IMG/VR virus record: IMGVR_UViG_3300006137_000106
DNA length: 64,000 nucleotides
Reading direction: 5' to 3' (one strand)
Source of the DNA: an uncultured virus (IMG/VR IMGVR_UViG_3300006137_000106)
Lineage: Duplodnaviria > Heunggongvirae > Uroviricota > Caudoviricetes
In this document: one piece after another, positions 1 to 9,911 of the stretch
Numbering within the stretch: the first letter of the stretch is position 1
Layout: each line of letters starts with the position of its first letter
Translations under genes and position numbers: made by a program
Notes under the pieces: generated by a model
Told to the model about the DNA's origin: nothing
Databases searched by the model: none
What the model saw: the letters and a program-made list of their open reading frames with translations, nothing else

Positions 1-123
1 ATCATGTGCTCTGGTCAAAATAATTGAGAACTATGTCTTATCGGGCTTTAAAAATGTCCAAAAGTTGTAAACTGGTGTATGTTCATTTTCAAACCAAAAT
101 AAATCATGTGGCTCCTTTTTCAT
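1..123 (-). pseudogene. Possible interrupted gene start (MKKEPHDLFWFENEHTPVYNFWTFLKPDKT*FSIILTRAHD), function unknown
   Basis: GGAGGG RBS before ATG at 123; in-frame TAG after 30 codons; frame stays open to the window edge. Confidence 0.25.
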
Positions 124-878
124 CTTTGTGTTTTCCCTCCAAATTTGAAATAGTACGACTGCAATCCCATTGATTTTAGATGGTGGGGTAAGGTTGCAAA
201 CAGTTTTGACGCTTTAAACAAGTCAGCAACATTATTTAACAAGACACTCGTAAGAAAGACCATACCATTAGGGTAGTTTAAGTTCTCGTGCCGCTATCCA
301 ATCGTTTGCCGCTCTCTGAATAACCATGTGTGTTCCAATAATAATTTTTATACAATACACCATTGTGATTTCTCTTTTTGAAGTTTTTAATATTTTTATC
401 AGGAACAAAAGTTTCAATTAAATATTATAATGTTTTTAATGGATATACAATTCCAAAAGAGATAAAATGTATAGTTTTTATTCGCACCAATATACATAAA
501 AGGTTAAATTTTTTATAAAAAATGAGATGTACTTATTTGTGTAGAATATTTCTGTTTTTTATAGATGAATATTATTATAGAGAATAAAACAGTAATTGTT
601 ATTTAAAAGGAAACAAAGCAAGTTATGTGTGCAATGAATGGAGATAAATATTTAATTTTGATATATAGAATTAAAAATGACGGTCAAAAAGAGATAAGTT
701 GATTAGACAAATTATTGATTATGTTTAGCTGATTTTACAATTTTAATAAAAAATTGCGTGGTTTTATAAAGAAAGATGCAATGTACCTTTTGCGGATGAA
801 GTTAAATAAAGATAGATATTTTACACATAAGGACAACCTGTAAAATCATAATAATAAAGAAAAAGAGGAGCTTTAAAG

Positions 879-1148
879 TTGATGAAGTTACAGACCTTAA
901 CAATTGACGATATAGATACTATGCAGGCGGTTGAATTGGATGTTGTGGATTCTAGTACATTGAAGGATATAAGAGATGTGAAAATTGACACCACGCTGTC
1001 CAAAAAGGAGCGTCTTTTGGATTATATATGTCAGATTGGAAACCCGTATTGTTATCGCTATGGCAAGTATATAGTAAAAGTTAGTTTTTCTGACACGGAC
1101 GCGACATTGGAGGACAGGATGCTCTCTTACCTTCGTTCAAGATGTTGA
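879..1148 (+). CDS. DUF6870-like small protein typically found upstream of recombinase clusters
   Basis: LKDIRDVKIDTTL..KERLLDYICQIGNPYCYRYGKYIVKVSFSDTDATLEDRM pattern; GAGGAG RBS; position before recombinases. Confidence 0.7.
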   Translation: MMKLQTLTIDDIDTMQAVELDVVDSSTLKDIRDVKIDTTLSKKERLLDYICQIGNPYCYRYGKYIVKVSFSDTDATLEDRMLSYLRSRC

Positions 1149-1197
1149 TTAGATAGACAGAAAACACGATAAATAGAACAGACAACGGAGAGAGCTT

Positions 1198-2850
1198 ATG
1201 GATGAAATTAAATACAGTTCTATTCAACCAATCGTATCAAGAATATGGAATGCCTATGGTTATTTGCGTTTATCGCATGAAGATGGTGATAAAAAGGAAA
1301 GCAACAGCATTACAGGGCAAAAGGACTTGATTCATGATTACTTTAACCATCACCCAGAAATAATTGAATGTGGCATGAAAATTGACGACGGGTTTTCTGG
1401 ATCTAGTTTCGATCGACCTGCTTTTCAAGAGATGATGGCTGATGTGAAAGCGGGAAAGATAAATTGTATTGTGGTGAAGGATCTTTCCCGTTTTGGCAGA
1501 AATTATCTGGATTCAGGAGAATATATTGAGAAAATATTCCCTTTTTTAGGGGTTCGTTTTATTGCTATCAATGATAATTATGACAGTCTAAATAGAAAAA
1601 CAGAATTCGATGAACTGATGATTCCCTTTAAAAATCTGATCAATGAGGCGTACTGCCGTGATATATCAATAAAAATTCGTAGTCAGCTAGAGACTAAACG
1701 CAGACGCGGCGATTTTACTGGATCTTTTGCTGCCTATGGTTATTTAAAAGATCCAGAAAACAAAAATCGTTTATTGATAGATGCATTTGCTGCCAATGTG
1801 GTACGTGATATTTTTTGTTGGAAAATAAAAGGGCTTAGTGCAGGTGATATTGCAGAGAGACTGAACAGAGATGGCATACTAGCGCCTTTGGATTATAAAA
1901 AATCTCAAGGATTACGTTTTGCAACACCATTTGGTATCAATATACATTCCGTGTGGAACGCGACTACGATTTTGCGAATTCTGAAAAATCCAATATATAC
2001 GGGGGTTTTGGAACAGGGGAAAAGTACAACCCCGAGTTTTAAAGTGAAGCGGCGTATTTTAAAGCCACGTGAGGAGTGGAGCATTGTGAGGGGAGCACAC
2101 AAGGCAGTTATAGCCCAGAACGATTTTGAGATTGTTCAAAAGCTACTGGCGATGGATACGCGCACAAGTCCTAAAAGTAATGTAGTAGAGTTATTTTCTG
2201 GAATAGTGTACTGTGGAGAATGTGGTGCTGCGATGGTCCGCAAGACGGTTCCATCTGGAAAAAAGAAATACATCTATTATGTCTGTGCGGCTCACAAGAA
2301 TGAAAAAACGTGTTATGCACACAGTCTGCGAGATAGTATTTTGGAAGGAATCATATTGGAATCAGTGAAAAGACAGGTGCAGAGTGTACTTGGCATGGAA
2401 AAAGTATTAGAATTGATAAAAATGGCTACATTACAACAGGCAGATATGAAAAAGTATCAGGAACGATTGGATAAAAAAAACGGAGAGATTAGCCGTTACA
2501 AAAAGCTGTTGTGTTCACTGTATGAGAATGTGATGGACGGTGTGATTGACAAAGAGGAATATCAGAAACTAAAAAAGAATTACACAGGGCTTCTTTCAGA
2601 GGCGCAAAAACGGGCAAAAATAATTAGAACAGAAATCAGACAAATAATGGAGAGTAACATGGAAGAAAAAAATTGGTTAGACCAGTTAAAAAAATATCAA
2701 AATTTTACGGTACTAGATCGGGCTGTTGTGGTGTGTCTAATAGAAAAAATTCTAGTTTATAAGAACAAACAAGTAGAAATAGTCTATAATTGGCAGGAAG
2801 AATACCACTGGCTTGCAAATTTGCTTTTACAGACGCAAGATAACATATAA
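1198..2850 (+). CDS. Large serine recombinase (resolvase, recombinase, Zn-ribbon and coiled-coil domains)
   Basis: YLRLS catalytic motif, DDGFSG, IVVKDLSRFGRN, YGY, CGECG...C Zn ribbon. Confidence 0.95.
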   Translation: MDEIKYSSIQPIVSRIWNAYGYLRLSHEDGDKKESNSITGQKDLIHDYFNHHPEIIECGMKIDDGFSGSSFDRPAFQEMMADVKAGKINCIVVKDLSRFGRNYLDSGEYIEKIFPFLGVRFIAINDNYDSLNRKTEFDELMIPFKNLINEAYCRDISIKIRSQLETKRRRGDFTGSFAAYGYLKDPENKNRLLIDAFAANVVRDIFCWKIKGLSAGDIAERLNRDGILAPLDYKKSQGLRFATPFGINIHSVWNATTILRILKNPIYTGVLEQGKSTTPSFKVKRRILKPREEWSIVRGAHKAVIAQNDFEIVQKLLAMDTRTSPKSNVVELFSGIVYCGECGAAMVRKTVPSGKKKYIYYVCAAHKNEKTCYAHSLRDSILEGIILESVKRQVQSVLGMEKVLELIKMATLQQADMKKYQERLDKKNGEISRYKKLLCSLYENVMDGVIDKEEYQKLKKNYTGLLSEAQKRAKIIRTEIRQIMESNMEEKNWLDQLKKYQNFTVLDRAVVVCLIEKILVYKNKQVEIVYNWQEEYHWLANLLLQTQDNI

Positions 2851-2875
2851 CCGTCTGAAAAGGGGGTGGTGTAGT

Positions 2876-3853
2876 ATGGCAAGAACAAAGCGTAAAGTAA
2901 ATTTTGTGGTTTCAGTGCCTGTACAGGAAGTAACCAAGCATATTTACCATGCGTGCGGTTATGTACGGCTATCCATGGAAGATAGTGGAAGACTAGGGGC
3001 AGATACTATTGAGAATCAGAAAGAGCTGATTAGCAGATACATAGAAGTACAACCAGATATGGAGTTTGTCCGACTGTATTGTGACAATGGACAGACAGGG
3101 ACAAACTTTTCAAGACCACAGTTTGAGCAAATGATGGAGGATATAAGAAAAGGAATGATAGATTGCATTGTGGTAAAAGATCTTTCCCGTTTTGGGCGTA
3201 ATTATAGAGAGACAGGAAATTACCTAGAAAGAATTTTTCCATTTCTTGATGTGCGGTTTGTGGCAATATTCGATCAGTTTGATACATCAAATATAGAACA
3301 AAGATCAGATAGTTATATTATTGCACTAAAAAATATTATGAATGAGGCATATAGTAGAGATATATCAAAGAAGGTTGGCTCCAGTTATGTTATAAAACAG
3401 CGCAAAGGAGAATTCACTGGCACATGGGCGGTATATGGTTATCAGAAATGTGTAGACAATCCTTATAAAATAGAACCAAATACAGAGACGGCGCCCATCG
3501 TACAAGATATCTTTAGACAGCGGATTTTAGGGATAAGCTATACGCAGATCGCGGGGGATCTAAACAGGCGAGGTATTGCTTCTCCTGCTCATTATCATTA
3601 TTTGAAAGGGGATGTAAAGGCGGAGCGCTATGCCTATGTTAAATGGAATCCTAAAGTAGTAAGAGATATTCTTTTGAATGAAGTGTATCTTGGGCATATG
3701 GTGCAAGGAAGAAAAAGACAGTCTTTTAGTGAGGGAAAGAAACAACAGTTGTTGCCGCAAACAGAATGGACAATTGTCAGAAATACCCATGTTCCACTGA
3801 TTGACGAGGTTACTTTTCAAAAAGTACAAGAAATGGCAAGACATCTTACTTAG
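2876..3853 (+). pseudogene. Second large serine recombinase, C-terminally truncated (no Zn ribbon or coiled coil)
   Basis: YVRLS, DNGQTG, VKDLSRFGRN motifs. Ends just after HVPLIDEVTFQKVQE and is followed by inverted-repeat element debris. Start set to ATG 2876. Confidence 0.8.
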
Positions 3854-3908
3854 AATACTAAGGAAATGGTTCAGCATACCAACCATTTTAGATATTTGAC
3901 ACAGTTCT

Positions 3909-4056
3909 TAGTACTACAGCGAACAAACTTAAATTATTCTGCCAAAATTTAATAGAATGAATTTCTTTCAATCAAGAAATATTGAATAATTAATGATATT
4001 TCGGTTAAATATTTTTGACTTCAAACAACATCTTCAATTTGTTCCCTGTAGTACTA
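3909..4056. mobile_element. 148-bp MITE-like element with 19-bp terminal inverted repeats
   Basis: TAGTACTACAGCGAACAAA (3909-3927) vs TTTGTTCCCTGTAGTACTA (4038-4056), 18/19 match; TA/YTAG at both ends; no ORF. Confidence 0.75.
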
Positions 4057-4096
4057 GAGCGCGTTTCGGATGCGCTTTAGAACAGGCTAGGAGGCA

Positions 4097-5704
4097 GTGA
4101 TGGAAAAAGGGATTGTCATAGCAAAGTATCTTCGCATTTCTGCTGAAGATACTGATATACGGAAGGCTGGTAAAGTTGAATCTAACAGTATAGGGAGTCA
4201 GCGTAATCTTATAGATAATTTTATTGGTAGAATGCCAGAATTTGCAGATGCGGATATCTTGGAATTTTGTGATGATGGCTGGAGCGGGAAAAATTTTGAG
4301 CGTCCTGCGTTCAAAACCATGTTGGAACAGATGAAATGTGGTTCGATCAACTGTATGATTGTGAAGGATTTATCCCGATTTGGACGGGATTATCTAACTG
4401 TGGGCAATTATATTTCGCATGTGTTTCCATTTTTAGGGGTTCGTTTTATTGCGATTAATGATGGATTGGATAGCGCTCACACAATGGATGCAGATAGCCT
4501 GGACATACTGTTCAAGACACTTTTGTATGATCTTTATAGTCGCGATCTGTCATATAAAGTGCGCAGTGCCAAACAGTTTAAGGCAAAACGTGGAGATTTT
4601 CTTTCTCCGTTTGCGCCATATGGATATATAAAAGCCAAAAAAAATAAGAATCAGCTTGAAGTAGATCTGGAATCGGCAGAGATTATCCACTGGATTTTTA
4701 AAATGGCAGCAGATGGGATTCGTCCTGTACAGATTGCACGGATATTGAATGCGAAACAGGTATTAACTCCTATGATGTATAAAAGGAAGATTGGATGCTC
4801 GCGTTCAGAATGGCCGTGTGTCAACAGACAGAATTTTTGGACGGAGAATACCGTGATAAAAATTTTGTGTGATGAGCGTTATATGGGCAAGACAATTTAT
4901 GGAAAGCGCATGCGCGATCAAGTGGGAAAAGCGCATGTTGTAAGTGTACCACAATCAGATTGGATTGCTGTGGAGAATGCGCACCAAGCGATTGTGTCAA
5001 AGGAAGAATTTGAACTTGGCAAGGAACAGCTTCAAGCATACTTGAAACACGATAAAATAATATCCAGCAGAAAAGGTACAATGTTATATAAAAAAGTGCA
5101 CTGTGGCGTTTGCGGTCATATTATGAAGCGGGTAAATGCAAAGCAACCATATTATATATGCAATACACCGCGTTTTACAGATGCTTATTCTTGTACAAAG
5201 GAACATATATTGGAAAGTGACTTGACAAAGATCGTTTTAAAGGAACTACAAATACAGGCACTTTACGCGGTAGAAAGCAGTCATATTTGGGAAGAGAAAC
5301 AACAAAAGAGAAGAAAGGATATTGATGTTACAACCAAGATGCTTTTTCAGCTAAAACAATCTCAAACAAAATTTGATTGTTCAATGCAAAGCCTTTATGA
5401 GAAATTTGCATTTGGGGAATTGGATAAAACGGCATATCTCAGGGCGAAGCGTGATATTGTAAAGAACCATGATGTGGTTTCCTTACAGATTGAAAAGCTT
5501 GAGGCAAAATTAAAGAATCTGAACACAGATAAAATTTTGGATAATCAATTGACAGACTATTTGAATCAATGTACAGAAATAGAGAAACTAATCAATGAAA
5601 TTGCGCCAGATGTTCTGGAAAAAATTGTAGTGTATCCTGACAATGCATTTTGTATTATCTGGAATTATCAGGAAAATTTGCGTCAGTTGTTTCTCGATTC
5701 TTAA
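4097..5704 (+). CDS. Third large serine recombinase
   Basis: YLRIS, DDGWSG, IVKDLSRFGRD, APYGY, CGVCG Zn ribbon; GGAGG RBS. Confidence 0.95.
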   Translation: MMEKGIVIAKYLRISAEDTDIRKAGKVESNSIGSQRNLIDNFIGRMPEFADADILEFCDDGWSGKNFERPAFKTMLEQMKCGSINCMIVKDLSRFGRDYLTVGNYISHVFPFLGVRFIAINDGLDSAHTMDADSLDILFKTLLYDLYSRDLSYKVRSAKQFKAKRGDFLSPFAPYGYIKAKKNKNQLEVDLESAEIIHWIFKMAADGIRPVQIARILNAKQVLTPMMYKRKIGCSRSEWPCVNRQNFWTENTVIKILCDERYMGKTIYGKRMRDQVGKAHVVSVPQSDWIAVENAHQAIVSKEEFELGKEQLQAYLKHDKIISSRKGTMLYKKVHCGVCGHIMKRVNAKQPYYICNTPRFTDAYSCTKEHILESDLTKIVLKELQIQALYAVESSHIWEEKQQKRRKDIDVTTKMLFQLKQSQTKFDCSMQSLYEKFAFGELDKTAYLRAKRDIVKNHDVVSLQIEKLEAKLKNLNTDKILDNQLTDYLNQCTEIEKLINEIAPDVLEKIVVYPDNAFCIIWNYQENLRQLFLDS

Positions 5705-5742
5705 TATGAAACGATTAGAAAAATAGAAAGTATTGGAATTGC

Positions 5743-5879
5743 GTAACAGTTCAAACAGGACTTTGCATTGCGCTGCAAAGTCCGTGGGAAAGCGTAGTAG
5801 TTGAGATGCATCAAGCCATCGCGAAGCGATTATGCACGGCTTGATGCTTGTAACAGGAAGCCAAAGGCTGAACTGTTAT
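5743..5879. mobile_element. 137-bp MITE/REP-like element with 8-bp target-site duplication
   Basis: Termini GTAACAGTTCA / TGAACTGTTAT; GGAATTGC direct repeats at 5735-5742 and 5880-5887; internal hairpins GGACTTTGCA..TGCAAAGTCC and GCATCAAGCC..GGCTTGATGC. Confidence 0.85.
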
Positions 5880-6064
5880 GGAATTGCAAAATATTTATAA
5901 AAAATTAAATGTCATCATATAGTCAGTTATTAAAAAGTATGATAAACTCACATATAAGATAGTATTTTTTGCGAATAGACAAAAACTGTAAGAATCATTT
6001 TGAGGGCAAATGTAATAATACTAAATGAAATACGAAGTACGAAAGGAAAAGGACGGAAATAAGG

Positions 6065-7216
6065 ATGAAAAGAAAGTTGTATTATGTACTATTTTTTTTG
6101 TATGTCATTGTTGTAGCTTTTGTTTTGTATTTGAACGGAGTATTTACAGGGGAGTGGCAATCTTCTGTCAATCTGATAATCAATATTGGATTTCTAATTA
6201 TTATTGGGATTCTCTTTATCATTTCCTCTGTCAGTTTTGGCAGACTAAGCAGAGCTACACGTGAGCTGGAAGATGTCAGTCTGATCCTACAAAAGGAATA
6301 CAAGAAGGCTGGCGAAAAGAATCTTTGGGCAAATTATAAAGGTAACGATGCATTTTTTGAACAAAAAGACTTGCAGGATGCGTTTAACAAGTACCGTTTG
6401 CGGGTAAATGGAACAAAGACGAAGCGGGGTGCTGGCTCTTTCTGTGATTTGGAAACATATATCAATGAGGATCTTTTGGATCGGGTAAGCATGAATTCCT
6501 TTAATTCTGGAGTTCCGGGGACACTTACAGGGATTGGAATTTTGGGAACATTTCTCGGTTTGTCTATGGGGTTAGGTGCATTTAGCGGGGATGATATTTT
6601 TACAATCTCTGACAACGTAGGTTCTCTGCTTTCTGGTATGAAAGTAGCTTTTCATACTTCGGTATATGGTATCTTTTTCTCATTGGTGTTTAATATAATT
6701 TACCGAAGTTTGATGTCAAATGCGTATAAGGCGCTAGATGAGTTTTTAGATGTGTTTCGTCAAACCACACAGCCATTTTCAGGAAAAGACGAAGAGACTA
6801 CTGCTACAATGCTTGTTTATCAGGCGGGAATGGCAAGCTCTTTAAGGCAGATCCTTGAAATGATGAAAGGCAATGCAATGGAACAGACAGCTGGTGTAGA
6901 GCGCATTGTAAATCAATTTACAGAACAGATGGAGTCTGCATTGGATACGGATTTTAAGAAACTTGGAAACACCTTGAAAAATGTGGGCGAATTACAGGCT
7001 ACTAGCACGGCAAATGTCGCGGAAATGGTGGAAGCAGTCACAACTTTGGTGGAAGTAAATCGCAATGTGCAGGAGGCGATTACATGCGTTATGGATAGGC
7101 AGGAGTTTTTTGCGGAACGGCTTGCAGAACAGAAGGAAATGCTGGCAGATATGTGTGATGAGATGAGCAGTCAGTTATACACATTTGAACAGACGAGGAA
7201 TTTGTATGAAGAATAG
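6065..7216 (+). CDS. MotA/TolQ/ExbB-family ion-channel subunit, ZorA-like
   Basis: N-terminal TM helices, TGIGILGTFLGL and GMKVAFHTSVYGI motifs, helical C-terminal tail; overlaps downstream MotB-like gene. Confidence 0.8.
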   Translation: MKRKLYYVLFFLYVIVVAFVLYLNGVFTGEWQSSVNLIINIGFLIIIGILFIISSVSFGRLSRATRELEDVSLILQKEYKKAGEKNLWANYKGNDAFFEQKDLQDAFNKYRLRVNGTKTKRGAGSFCDLETYINEDLLDRVSMNSFNSGVPGTLTGIGILGTFLGLSMGLGAFSGDDIFTISDNVGSLLSGMKVAFHTSVYGIFFSLVFNIIYRSLMSNAYKALDEFLDVFRQTTQPFSGKDEETTATMLVYQAGMASSLRQILEMMKGNAMEQTAGVERIVNQFTEQMESALDTDFKKLGNTLKNVGELQATSTANVAEMVEAVTTLVEVNRNVQEAITCVMDRQEFFAERLAEQKEMLADMCDEMSSQLYTFEQTRNLYEE

Positions 7217-8129
7217 ACGAAGAAACAGAGAAGCCTTTGCGGAGCACAGCTATTGGCAGTCTTACTCAGATATGATGGCTGCGCTGCTGCTAATATTTAT
7301 TTTGTTGATAGCAATTACGCTTGCCATATACAGACAGAAGACAAATGATCTCGATCAGACAAGACTAGAACTCAGCGCAGCTCAAAACGAGCTAGATGCA
7401 ACAATTGCGGATTTGGAATTTTCTAAAGCAGAGCTGGAGAAATCGAATGGAGATCTTGCATCTTCTCTAGCGGAATTAAAGCAGGCTTATGAACAGGCAG
7501 CCTTGACACAGGAAGAACTAAATAACGCATACTTAGAGATAGAAAATGCCAAACAGGAATTGACAACAACAAAACAGGAATTGCAAGATATTGTCGGCAT
7601 TCGCACAGATATTATTGGGGCGTTGCAGTCAGCTTTTAGCAATTCTACAATGAAAGTGGATGCACAGACAGGTTCTATTACATTTTCCTCAGATGTGCTT
7701 TTTCGTTATAATAGTTCCTCGCTGACAGCAGAAAGTAAGGAAACTCTAAAAACGATTATTCCAAGGTATTTGGATGTGCTGCTTCAAGATCAGTTCCGTG
7801 GTTATATTGCTGAGATTATTATTGAGGGACATACGGATACAGATGGAAGCTACCAGAGCAATATGGAGCTATCTTATGCGCGTGCGAATGCAGTGGCGGA
7901 CTTTTGCCTGAACAAAAACAACGGACTTAGCGAGGTGGAGATTGAGCAGTTGCAAAGGATTTTGACTGTCAATGGAAAGTCTTGGAGCAATCCGGTTTAT
8001 CACCAGGATAATTCGGGAAATTCCACGCAGGAGGTGGACATGTCTGCTTCCAGAAGAGTGGAGATTAAATTTCGGTTGAAAGAAGATGAAATGATTAAGA
8101 AAATTGCGGGGATTTTAGAGCAGGAATAA
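7206..8129 (+). CDS. MotB/OmpA-family protein with coiled-coil linker, ZorB-like
   Basis: WQSYSDMMAALLLIFIL TM helix with conserved Asp; IEGHTD, N.ELS..RA, SRRVEIK OmpA C-terminal motifs. Confidence 0.85.
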   Translation: MKNRRRNREAFAEHSYWQSYSDMMAALLLIFILLIAITLAIYRQKTNDLDQTRLELSAAQNELDATIADLEFSKAELEKSNGDLASSLAELKQAYEQAALTQEELNNAYLEIENAKQELTTTKQELQDIVGIRTDIIGALQSAFSNSTMKVDAQTGSITFSSDVLFRYNSSSLTAESKETLKTIIPRYLDVLLQDQFRGYIAEIIIEGHTDTDGSYQSNMELSYARANAVADFCLNKNNGLSEVEIEQLQRILTVNGKSWSNPVYHQDNSGNSTQEVDMSASRRVEIKFRLKEDEMIKKIAGILEQE

Positions 8130-8156
8130 TTTTTTAGTCCGTGTTTAACAGAGGCT

Positions 8157-8234
8157 GATTTCGGCGTAGGTAGGGATTTTGGTTACAAGCGCCAACACCT
8201 TGGTCACGATATGATGGGATTGATTGGCACGCCA
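8157..8234 (+). pseudogene. Isolated internal fragment of an M23-family metallopeptidase gene (DFGVGRDFGYKRQHLGHDMMGLIGTP)
   Basis: Manual translation; contains the HxxxD Zn motif followed by GTP as in M23 peptidases; no start, and a stop three codons after GTP. Confidence 0.8.
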
Positions 8235-8249
8235 ACAGAAATATAAAGT

Positions 8250-8284
8250 AGAACCTGAGTATCAAAAAATGATACTCAGGTTCT
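8250..8284. terminator. Perfect 15-bp inverted repeat overlapping the integrase stop codon
   Basis: AGAACCTGAGTATCA-AAAAA-TGATACTCAGGTTCT. Confidence 0.6.
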
Positions 8285-9812
8285 TGTCTTGTAATGTACA
8301 GGATTTAACAGTTTTTCGCACCAATTCGTTTTTTTCAGAATACGACAAATTATTAAGGTTGTCAACCAGATAACAGATATTTTCATAAACTTGTTTTCTG
8401 TTTATGGCAGCAGCCTTTTTATTTTCTAATGAAATCTCTGCGCGGGCAAGCGATGCCTTTAACGATGCCTGTTCTTTGTCCAATGCTTCCATCTGGGCAA
8501 TAATATATTTGGCAGCAGAGGAGGAAGCATTCTCAGAGAGTGCTTTTGCTAAGTTTGCAAGCTGTGTGTCCAAGGCATTCAATTCCATTTGCATGGATGT
8601 AATATCAGCGTCTTCAGTATTTGTAGTCTGTAATGTTATAAAGTCTGGATTGACCTTTATTTTCTTTAGTTCTTTTATAAATAATTCATCAATTGCATCA
8701 ACGCGTACATATTCAGAATCACAATATTCCCTGCCTTGTCGAACACGCTTCTCACAAAAATAATAAGAGAATTGAATCTTATTTTTCATATAAGTTCGAG
8801 TGGTCATTTTGCCGCCACACTGGCACCGCAGAACGCCTTTTAGAATACCAGTTGGATATTTCCCCGTTCGAAAGGTTTTATTGATTCCTAGGCGATTCTG
8901 TGTAGCGATAAAGACATTGGAAGGGACAACATAATTATGTATTCCTACAGCGATTGTCCAATTGGCGTGTTCCTGTGTGGTTTGTCGTTCCTTTCCGGTC
9001 TTAGTCTTGCCATAACGGATACATCCATGTGTGCCGTCGAATAGATCCTTAGAAACCATCTTACAGCCAAGTTCCTGAAAGTAGTAATACGCTTCAAGAG
9101 AGTTCTGGCAGTAGACAGGATTGGTTACAATGGCATAAATTTGTGACGCGTTTAGAAATGCTCCGTTTTGGCTTTTTATACCATGTTCCTTACAGTAGCG
9201 TTCCAATCCTGTGATGGTATAGCCGTTTAATAGAAGGTTATATAATAATTTTACACGCCAGATAGTTTCATCATCAATATCAAGAAAAGAATGCTCTTTA
9301 TCACCAAGCTTTTTCCGAATGGATTTCATGCCAGCCGGGCAGTTGCCGCCTGTCCATCTTCCTTGTTCTGCAAGGGCAAGCATATTGTCTGCGACACGTT
9401 CTGATGTATTTTCGCGTTCTAATTGGGCAAAGGCAGCCAATATATACATAACTGTTCTTCCAATTGGCGTGGAGGTGTCAAATGATTCCTTGACAGATAC
9501 GAAGGCAACTCCGTGTTCTTCAAAAGCTTCATACATTGTAGAGAACTCTCGTACATTTCGGCTAATGCGGTCAAGTTTGTATACCATAACAACATCAAGT
9601 TCATTTTTGCGAACATCACGCATCAGTTCTTGGAAGGAAGGGCGTTTTGTATTTTTGCCGCTAAAACCTTCATCTTTGTCATAAACTCTAAAGTCAAGCT
9701 CTTGACCTTTAAAGACAATAGCAGCGTATTCTTTGCAAAGCTCGACTTGGACCGTTACAGAATCACTGTTGTCCCTGTAGACGGATTTACGTGGATAGAT
9801 ACCAATTACCAT
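8262..9812 (-). CDS. Prophage large serine integrase
   Basis: YPRKS catalytic motif, DEGFSGKNTKRP, VYKLDRISR, AQLERE, CQCGG Zn ribbon; AGGAGG RBS. Confidence 0.95.
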   Translation of the reverse strand: MVIGIYPRKSVYRDNSDSVTVQVELCKEYAAIVFKGQELDFRVYDKDEGFSGKNTKRPSFQELMRDVRKNELDVVMVYKLDRISRNVREFSTMYEAFEEHGVAFVSVKESFDTSTPIGRTVMYILAAFAQLERENTSERVADNMLALAEQGRWTGGNCPAGMKSIRKKLGDKEHSFLDIDDETIWRVKLLYNLLLNGYTITGLERYCKEHGIKSQNGAFLNASQIYAIVTNPVYCQNSLEAYYYFQELGCKMVSKDLFDGTHGCIRYGKTKTGKERQTTQEHANWTIAVGIHNYVVPSNVFIATQNRLGINKTFRTGKYPTGILKGVLRCQCGGKMTTRTYMKNKIQFSYYFCEKRVRQGREYCDSEYVRVDAIDELFIKELKKIKVNPDFITLQTTNTEDADITSMQMELNALDTQLANLAKALSENASSSAAKYIIAQMEALDKEQASLKASLARAEISLENKKAAAINRKQVYENICYLVDNLNNLSYSEKNELVRKTVKSCTLQDKNLSIIF

Positions 9813-9876
9813 ATAGTACCTCCTGATAATAATTATGATTTTCGTGTATTAAAAATACACCGATTTCATTATTTGG

Positions 9877-9906
9877 TTGCAAGGATATATTAAAGTGTGC
9901 TACAAT
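9877..9906 (+). promoter_or_regulatory. Sigma-A-type promoter pointing away from the integrase gene
   Basis: TTGCAA-18-TACAAT with extended -10 TGn. Confidence 0.6.
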
Positions 9907-9911
9907 ATAAG

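Larger units (their letters stand above)
1..8156 (+). mobile_element. Right-hand part of an integrative element carrying a triple large-serine-recombinase module and ZorAB-like cargo; left end lies outside the window
   Basis: Small DUF6870-like gene followed by three tandem recombinase ORFs. Host-like coding sequence (M23 fragment) resumes at 8157 straight after TTTTTTAGTCCGTGTTTAACAGAGGCT. Confidence 0.7.

Noticed and set aside
6065..8129. Flagellar stator motAB
   Set aside because: No flagellar context, mobile-element location, and a C-terminal tail on the A subunit fit ZorAB-like better
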